A stretch of DNA of 64,000 nucleotides, taken from NCBI GenBank assembly GCA_964016885.1, contig OZ024741.1, positions 226,548,001-226,612,000 on the forward strand. The letters run 5' to 3'. Each line of letters begins with the position of its first letter. Position 1 is the stretch's first letter. Both the position numbers and the translations under genes were made by a program. This DNA comes from Eledone cirrhosa. Its lineage: Eukaryota. Shown piece by piece: positions 58,780 to 64,000 of the stretch. Under the pieces are notes generated by a model that saw nothing but the letters and a program-made list of their open reading frames with translations, was not told the DNA's origin and ran no database searches.

Positions 58780-60259
58780 TCAAGTAATAGTTGATCTCAT
58801 GAAAAACGTCGATCCTAGTATTTTTCAGATAACAGGTCAACATTTGTGGGTCAAGAGATCATCCTGTATGTAGAAATAGCAGTGATACAAAATCGTCAAG
58901 ACTAAGACAAATTTACATCATTGCAAATATATGTCTGAAACTGAAAATTTATCCAAACGTGTGCCTGCCTTAATGTAGCCTGCCCTATAGCTGGAATGCT
59001 TGGTGCTTATAGTAAAACACCATATAATACTCCACATCTGTTGATGGGTGCTTCATCACCATTACTAAGATGTATGCACATGTGCTGCAGGCCTGCAACC
59101 TCTATATTTTCCTCATTTTCAAACACAAGAAGCACATGCGTCAGCGCTTGTCTCATCGTCTGTTTCCATGGTGAGAAATGTTATTATGGTGAGAAGTTTT
59201 GATGCATAGAGTCGGTAATGTTACTGTAGCTCATTGCGTTTTTTTTTTATTCGTTAATCTGCAACTGATACGGTATTTTGGATTCAAGCGACAATCCACA
59301 GGGTTTGAAAACGTAGGATCTCAACTGCGACTCCCGACGTTGAGATGGCAGAGCTCCCCGTCGAGACTCTAATTCTTGAAAATTATATTGTAGAAGATCA
59401 CGCCACCTAGCTTTGACTTTGGAGGCAGTCGATTATCTGCCCTTAGTTCTGACGTCAGTAGCTGAATACACCCTCTTTTCAACTTGGTGTGTTGATGCGA
59501 GTAGACGCGTTTCACGGTGGTGAAACAGCGACTAAGCACCATGCGGTCACGGGATATTTGAACACCGCCACTTAATGATAATTACGAATTACCAATCAAG
59601 TAGCAACTGATATGATAACCTGTTTTGTTTATTGCTCTGATTAAAATGCTCATGTACATATAATCTCGAGGTATGTTCTTTTTGCTTAATTGTTTACCTA
59701 CACCTAACAACAAATAGAAGAGATGTCCTAGCAGCCAGGCTAGGGAAACGAACTCCCCTCTAAATCGTAAAACAACGCAGCCTTCTAAATTGGTGACCAT
59801 CTCTCCTAAAGTGGTTGACCCCGATTATGCATTACATAAGCCTTCTAAAAAAGACTTCTAAAAACTTCGAGAGAAACATAAAAAAAAAATTGACGAAATT
59901 AATATTTTTTTTCTTGCAACTATGCGAAAATAACGAAATTGAAAATTGTTCGTTTAACACACAAAAAAAAATTCACAATGGCTGACTGGTCCGCCAATTG
60001 TCTTTCTTCTCTGGAATGCAGCCATCTGATTGGCTGAGACGCATCATGTAATGCCCCCTCCTTCTCCAATTAAAAAAAAAAAACATTTAATTTTTCTGCC
60101 TTGAATTATTGTGACTTGTCGATTCCGGATTTTGCATTTCTTCTTTCTTCATGGATGTTGAAGGAAATTTGTGTAGTTTTCCCGTTGTTCCAAACATCTA
60201 ACATGCGTTGCATTTCTTTACTTGGATATCATTTAGTATTTTTTATGTGGAACTGATAC

Positions 60260-60949
60260 ATGCTAATGATGAGTAGTTCTAATTTACCTGCGTTCTCGGG
60301 TGATCTCAAACTCTGGTTTGCACAACTCGACGCATATTTCACTGCGAACGGAGTGAAAACAGAGCAGCAGCTAAACGTTTTGATAAGCGGCATTCCTTCT
60401 TCACTCGCTACAACGGTGAAGGATTTGATAACGGACCCGTCGGCCGGTATTTCGTATGATTCGTTACGGGAAGAAATATTAAGAAGAAACAGTCGTTCTG
60501 CTGAAAGCAGATTTCGTTCATTGTTGGATGACGTGTGTTTAGGTGACAGAACACCGTCTGAATTTTTGCGACACACCAGGGACCTCAGCGACTCGACCGA
60601 CGAAGATAGCCCATTCATAAAGAAACTATTTTTCTCTCGCCTGCCAAACAACGTCCAAATTATCTTGGCAAACATTGTGGATACCAGCTCTTTGGAGCAG
60701 ATTGCTGCCTACGCTGATTGAATCGTGGAATTGTCTAGAAAGGCTACCGCCCCGGACTCGTGTGTTACTTCTTCTTCACATTCGAACCAGCCCGTCTCGA
60801 CACGCGAGGATGCCATGTTAAAAGCTATTGATGCTTTGACGCAGCAAGTCGTTCTGTTATGCAGGGAGAATAGGCCGTATTTCCTGCGGCCTAGGAGTCG
60901 TTCGCGTTCTTTCGCGACTCCACGTCGGCATACTAAAGGCGGCAAGTGA
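60260..60949 (+). pseudogene. Gypsy gag with internal stop
   Basis: LPAFSGDLKLWFAQLDAYF, LGDRTPSEFLR, LFFSRLP; TGA at 60719-60721. Confidence 0.8.
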
Positions 60950-60959
60950 ACTCTGCGAG

Positions 60960-63920
60960 ACACAACAAAACCGCCATTTTCATAGAGGACCTCCTGTCTG
61001 GAAGATCTTTCCTCGTAGATACGGGAGCCCCCTGAAGCATTTGGCCAGTGAACTGTGTTAAAGAAACTCCTCCTGAGTCATCAATGAATCTACAAGCTGT
61101 CAATCATTCGCCGATACAGACTTTTGGACAAATCTCGCTTCCTCTGCAATTCAGAAATCTTCAACGAGAATTCAAATGGATTTTTACGGTTGCTGACTTA
61201 CCATACCCGATCTTGGGAGCGGATTTTCTACATTATTTTGAATTAACGGTGGACGTCCATGGCCGACGCCTAGTAGATGACATTACTGGTTTTTCTCTTC
61301 GTGGCCAGAAAGCTAATTTTCCAACAGTTAGCCCGACCTTTTTCATCGCTAATGCTGGGAATCCATATCATGCATAGTTGAATTCTTTCCCACAGCTTAC
61401 TCAGGGAAATTTTCGAGTTGTCGAACCAACTCACACAACGGAGCATTTTATCTCTACAACTGGCGCCCCAGTGTTCTCACGTCCTCGTCGCTTGCCTGCG
61501 GACAAATTAAAGGCAGCACGGTCCGAGTTCGACCACATGCTGCAGCTTGGCATAATTCGCCCTTCTACGAGCCCTTGGGCTTCTCCGTTACACATGGTAC
61601 CCAAGACGTCTGGCGACTGGAGACCCACTGGGGATTATAGGAAGTTAAATGCTATAACTGTCCTGGATAGATATCCTATTCCACACCTGCAAGATTTTGC
61701 ATTGTCGTTGCAGGGATGTAAAATTTACTCGAAGCTGGATTTGGTGCGAGCCTATCATCAGATTCCTGTCAGGAAAGAAGATATTCCGAAAACGGCCATT
61801 ACGACTCTATTTGGATCATTAGAATTTCTTACCATGCCTTTCGGACTTAGGAATGCTGCTAGCACCTTTCAACAGTTCATGAATGAGGTCACTCGTGGTT
61901 TAGACTTCGTCTATACTTATATTGATGATCTGCTTATTGCTAGTTCCTCCAGAGAAGAACACATACGTCATTTGAATCTTTTGTTTTGTCGACTCAAGGA
62001 TTACCGTGTTCAAATAAATCCCACAAAATATGTTGTCGGTGCGGAATCACTGAATTTTTTAGGTTATGTCATTGACTCTGACGGTATTCGACCTATTCCT
62101 GAGAGACTTAAAGCTATAGAGGGTTTGCCTTCGCCAACCTCACTCCGTCAGTTGCGCCAATTCTTGGGGCTGATTAATTTTTATAGGCGGTTTGTGCCTA
62201 ATTGTGCTAAGCTACTCTTCTCTTTGACGGAAATTTTGAAAAATTGCCGAAAGAAAAATAAAGACATTTCTTTGAATGAAACTCAGCTCGAGGATTTTGA
62301 GAATGCGAAAATTGCTCTAGCCAATGCATCTTTGCTGGCTCAACCAGTGTCCAATGCTAAGCTTTCGCTTTGTGTTTATGCGTCGGATACTGCCGTGGGC
62401 GCAGTTTTGCAACAAAGTAGGAATGTCAACAGCAACCGTTGGAATTTTTCTCCAGGAAGCTGAAACCTGCCGAAACCCGCTACAGCACCTTTGGACGGGA
62501 GTTGTTAGCTATATACTTATCGGTGAAGCATTTTTCGCACATGCTTGAAGGAAGAACGTTTACCATCTTCACGGACCATAAGCCATTGACATTCGCCTTG
62601 CGAGCAAAGGCCGACAAATACTCGCCCAGAGAAACTAGACATCTCGACCTCATCTCTCAATTTACTAATGATATTCAACATATTCCGGGTTCTATGAATA
62701 CAGCGGCCGACGCCCTGTCTCGTTTGCCGATGGCTTCGATCTCGTCGTCCGATGACATAGATTTGAATCTCTTGGCAGCCGATCAGCCTACCCTCGAATC
62801 GTTGGATGTTACATCGTCTGAATTTGTGAATTTCAGGATGAAATACCAACCATTATCGACCGCAGACCGACGGATCCTCTGCGACGTCTCTTTGGATGCA
62901 CCAGGCCCTTTTGTTCCGTTGAACCATCGTCGAACTGTGTTTCTTGTTTTACACGGCATTTCACATCCAGGATCTTCTGCCACAATAAAACTCATAACGG
63001 CCAGATTCTTCTGGCCAAATATGAGACGTGATATTACTGTTTGGTGCCGTTCCTGTGTTGCTTGCCAAAAAGCAAAAGTTCACAGGCATGTTAAGACTCC
63101 TCTAGGTACTTTTAGTAACCCGGACCCTCCGTTTCGCCACATTCATGTGGACATCGTGGGACCTTTGCCAATCAGCGGTGGTCATAATTACATATTGACT
63201 GTTATCGATCGTTTTTCGCGATGGCCTGAAGCCATCCCCTTGAAAGATATCACTGCTGAGACGACAGCGCGTGCCCTTGTGTCTAGATGGATCGCTCGAT
63301 ATGGAGTACCAATGTCAATTACCACGGACCATGAAAGGCAGTTTGAATCGAATCTCTTCCATGAATTAACAAAAATCATCGGCGCTAAACGCATCCGAAC
63401 GACTGCATATCATCATGTCTCTAATGGAATGGTGAAGCGCTTCCACCGACTACTAAAAGCCGCTCTACGGACTTCTCCTGGTGCTACGCGTTGGAGCGAG
63501 GACCTCCCTATTGTGTTGTTGGGGGATTCGGTCAACAATAAAGGAGGACCTTGGGTTCTCCCCGGCCGAATTATTGTATGGTGCTTCTCTAGCGTTACCT
63601 GGGAAAATGCTTGCCCCTGTCGATCTTACTGCACAGGATCCACTTTCCAACGTATCCCGTCTGCGTTCCTATTTTCAGGACCTGCCGCCGATGGATACGA
63701 GGAAGCAAACTGTAAAATCTGCAGTTCTGAGGGATATTGCCTCGTGGACCCATGTGTTCGTGAGAAACGATGCTGTGAGATCACCTCTCACACAACCGTA
63801 CTCTGGACCCTACCGTGCATTAGCTCGTTCCGAGAAACATTTCACTGTAGATATTAAGGGTTCCAGAGAGACGGTTTCTATTGATCGACTCAAACAAGCA
63901 CATTTAGACACATACGCTAT
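60960..63920 (+). pseudogene. Gypsy pol (protease, RT, RNase H, integrase) with stops and frameshifts
   Basis: FLVDTGA; [28 protein letters not shown]; RELLAIY, TDHKPL, ADALSR; [28 protein letters not shown] (catalytic E replaced by K). Confidence 0.93.
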
Positions 63921-64000
63921 CACACCTGAGCCACATACACCCCCATCTTTCTCTTTTGCACACACACCTGTATCTTTGCCCCCCCCCCTCCTCACCAAGA

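Larger units (their letters stand above)
59791..64000 (+). mobile_element. Ty3/Gypsy LTR retrotransposon internal region, decayed, truncated by the window end
   Basis: Order gag-PR-RT-RH-IN; PBS-like tggtgacc (59791) and tggttgaccccga (59813); LTR boundaries not resolvable. Confidence 0.88.

Noticed and set aside
58860-59240. Possible host exon or transposase piece
   Set aside because: Short frames only, no identifiable family
59270-59790. Gypsy 5' LTR
   Set aside because: Plausible position, but no second LTR in the window to define its boundaries

Overview
AT-rich eukaryotic intergenic or intronic DNA made almost entirely of repeats. I see no host gene. The dense (TA)n/(CA)n/(GA)n microsatellites and the SINE families suggest an octopus (cephalopod) genome; this is inference. 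Recognisable contents: a 4.7-kb 42-bp minisatellite, a Rep-deleted Helitron with intact termini, a near full-length Tx1/L1-type LINE in an (AAT)n tract, R4/Dong-type LINE fragments, a mariner relic, a decayed Gypsy element running off the right end, many tRNA-derived SINEs, and five Penelope-like (PLE) RT/GIY-YIG fragments. The main finding, read by eye, is about a dozen unrelated small-element families that each carry a type I hammerhead ribozyme (HHR) motif, mostly with a short palindromic helix III and some with compensatory stem changes. Most sit in (TA)n tracts. They occur either as asymmetric head-to-head fold-backs with a family-specific 3' tail on one arm only, or as tandem 0.42-1.3 kb HHR-to-HHR monomers resembling retrozymes. 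All folds were assigned manually and none was computed.
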